Part shown: positions 61,701-64,000 of the stretch, piece after piece
How the letters are laid out: every line of letters starts with the position of its first letter
How positions within the stretch are numbered: the first letter of the stretch is position 1
NCBI GenBank assembly: GCA_004431415.1
Contig: QPMI01000063.1
Span: 62,001 to 126,000, forward strand
Source: Cyanophora paradoxa CCMP329
Taxonomy: Eukaryota > Plantae > Glaucophyta
Direction: 5' to 3'
DNA length: 64,000 nucleotides
The notes under the pieces: model-generated
Databases searched by the model: none
Seen by the model: the letters and a program-made list of their open reading frames with translations, nothing else
Told to the model about the DNA's origin: nothing
Program-made: the position numbers and the translations under genes

Positions 61701-64000
61701 CAACGGGGGGCACGTATACGTACCCGGCGGTAGCGCTCCGCAGCCCGGTCTCCGGATCCGGTCTTCAGGTGGACGCAGATGGCGATCGCGGCGACGAGCA
61801 CGAGGGCGCCGACGGCGGCCGCGATGTACGTGATTATGCGGTAGAGCTGCGCGAACGCGACGGACTCGTCCTCAATCTCGGGGCGGGTGATGGTCGCGTT
61901 GACGGTGTCGTCCACGAAGGTTTCCACGACGAACTCGTCGATGGCGTCCTGGAGCAGACCCCTGCGGCGGCCGTCACTACACTTGGTCGGCTCAGCGCAG
62001 CCGAGCAATCGCACTCGCCTGCGCTGCGGCACTATTCGGGCGCCGGCGACGAGGTCTTTGATCCCGCCGATGACGTCCTGGTAGCGGGGTATCTCGACGG
62101 GGTCGGCCGTGCCGACTGCACATGTACACTGTCGTCAGAACGGCAAGCGGAATGAGTGCACGCGGGACAGGTCGGACCCGGACAGAGCTGCGTGGCTGCA
62201 CAAGGGACGCAGGCGGTCGCGCCATCTTCGCCCGACATAAAGCCCGGCGGGCTGCGCGCGCGACGCCTGCATGAGCCACCAGCGCAACTGCTTTTGTGCA
62301 AGCGGCACCGACCACGGCGTGCAGTAATCCATGGACACGTTGCGGTACTGCCCACGAGCGCAGGGGCTGCAGAACGCTTGGGTTTCGTCCGACTGCAACC
62401 GCATTCGGCGAAGGTCAAATAAGAGAAGAACAATGATCGCAATTGTGAAATGAAAATACGCACGACTTCTCCGCCAGGGCATCGCGTGCAGCCCGGGCTC
62501 CCGTTGCCGGAGACGGTGTTGCGGGGGCACTTGATGCAGGACATGGCGCCCGCCGGCCGGTACATCGACACGTTGCAGGCGATGCACTCCGTCCCGAGGT
62601 CGTTGGCGACGAAGCCCTCGGGGCAGGGCGTGCAGGTCGGGTCTGGCAGCCAACGTCAGCGCGCGCAGAGGGCGAATGCAGAAAAAGTTCGGCATCGAAC
62701 CTCCAGGCAATGCGGTCGACACAGAATCGCATCGTACGCACGTCCCGTTAATAGGCATGTACCCGCCTTCGCAGTCTGTCGTGCCGCATTACGAACGATG
62801 CGAACGACGAAAATGCGCCGGTTGTGTGATTGAAACTGCGAGAATTCGAGAGCTCGCACCGACACATTCGGCCCTGTCCTTCCTCGGCACCTTCCCCGGG
62901 GGACTGAGGGAGGAGGCGCGGCGTCGGCACACAGTGACGCGTGACGCTTAAGCTTGCGGGTATATATATATCTGCCAAAGCGCACCACGGCTCGCACTGC
63001 ACCATGCCTTCCCGGCGCGCGGCGGTCGTGATCGGGCACGGCTGGCATGTGGCGAAGTGTGAGTCCCTGTAGGACCCCTGCAACAACAACCAGCGTCAGT
63101 GCTCTGCGCAGAGGCAGAAGAATCGCGCGGCAACCCACCAGCGGGCACGGCAGGCATGAACGGAAATCGGGTGCAGAGTAGAAGCCCAGCGAGCAATTCG
63201 TGCAGTGCTCGAACGTCCCCTCCTTTGGCGCGTACGTCCCAAGCGGACACTGCACCAGAAATGAGAACGCGCACTTTGCGTTCGCAGGAAATGTACGCAG
63301 AGATAGCGCACCTGCAGGCACTTGCGTGGGCGGGAGGTGTTCTTCGGGAGCCACTCGAAGAAGCCGGCGTCGCACGGGATGTAGCGCGTGCTGTCGTTGG
63401 ACGCAAAGTGGCCCCAGGGCGGCTCCAGGCAGCTCCCGCTCGTCGCCAGAGGAGACCAAAGGCCCTATTAATGCGTGGCGAGTAAGCTGTCAGCGAACGT
63501 AAAGCTACTGGCGTCCGGTTCCAAGCGCACAGTTTTACACGGCAAGCATGCGTTCTGCGAAGCCGAGTAAATGAGCACAAGCAGGCATTTATTGGAGCTG
63601 GGACAACAGACGGCGCACCGAGTCCCCGTGGAAGGTCCCCCCGCGGCAGGGGAGGCAGCCCGACCGGTCGTCGTTGCTGATGTAGCCCGGCGTGCACGGC
63701 GTGCACTCCGACGCCCCCGGCGCGCTCCAGAATCCGTCCTGACGCCACCGGTGACCTTGGCGCCGGAAACAAGCAGAAACCATGGCGTGATGAGCACCTG
63801 GCAGGGCACGCAGGTGCTGTTTCGCTCGTAGAAACCGGCCCGGCAGAGGTTGCACTCGGCCCGGTTCAGGGAGCTCTCCGTCCCGCGCGGGCTGCCGGCG
63901 CGAGGTCAGCGGACCGACTGGCTCGCTGCGTTCTACAGTGCGATATCACCGCACCACATATTGCAGTACCAGAAGCCCTGTGCGCTCGTGTATTGACCGT
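58730..64000 (-). CDS. Copy 3 (inverted, more diverged) of the giant Cys-rich membrane protein gene; 3' part
   Basis: Same exon/intron order as copy 1 ~7217-12500; uninterrupted 507-codon last-exon frame (58730..60253) ending HNRYGLI* instead of HDRYGDFTSI*. Confidence 0.88.

Overview
GC-rich, intron-dense eukaryotic (protist/algal) DNA. Introns are mostly ~57-100 bp and end in GCAG; the style recalls the glaucophyte Cyanophora, but that is an unverified guess. Three copies of a giant multi-exon gene for a LamG + CxxC cysteine-rich-repeat membrane protein dominate the window: 1-12502 (+, 5'-partial), ~26399-39971 (+, internally deleted) and 58730-64000 (-, 5'-partial, more diverged). Between copies 1 and 2 lies a sharply AT-rich, intronless, virus-like island (13253-18395). 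It carries two paralogous fibre-like genes, a Zn-ribbon gene, a small F-box-like ORF, a prokaryote-type SAM decarboxylase and a decayed tRNA. The island is built from two tandem modules, each ending in an iteron/origin-like cluster, an ATCGAT-rich spacer and a perfect 28-bp-arm hairpin followed by GTCAAC. The second hairpin is exactly the island/host junction. This is the best candidate for an undescribed integrating mini-replicon or cassette system. Next come a CACTA-like element holding a 143-bp satellite (~27 copies) and a 16-kb modular macrosatellite containing a TA-flanked MITE and an 18-bp-TSD insertion. Many single-base G/C homopolymer indels look like long-read consensus errors. All family assignments are by-eye motif recognition; no searches were run.
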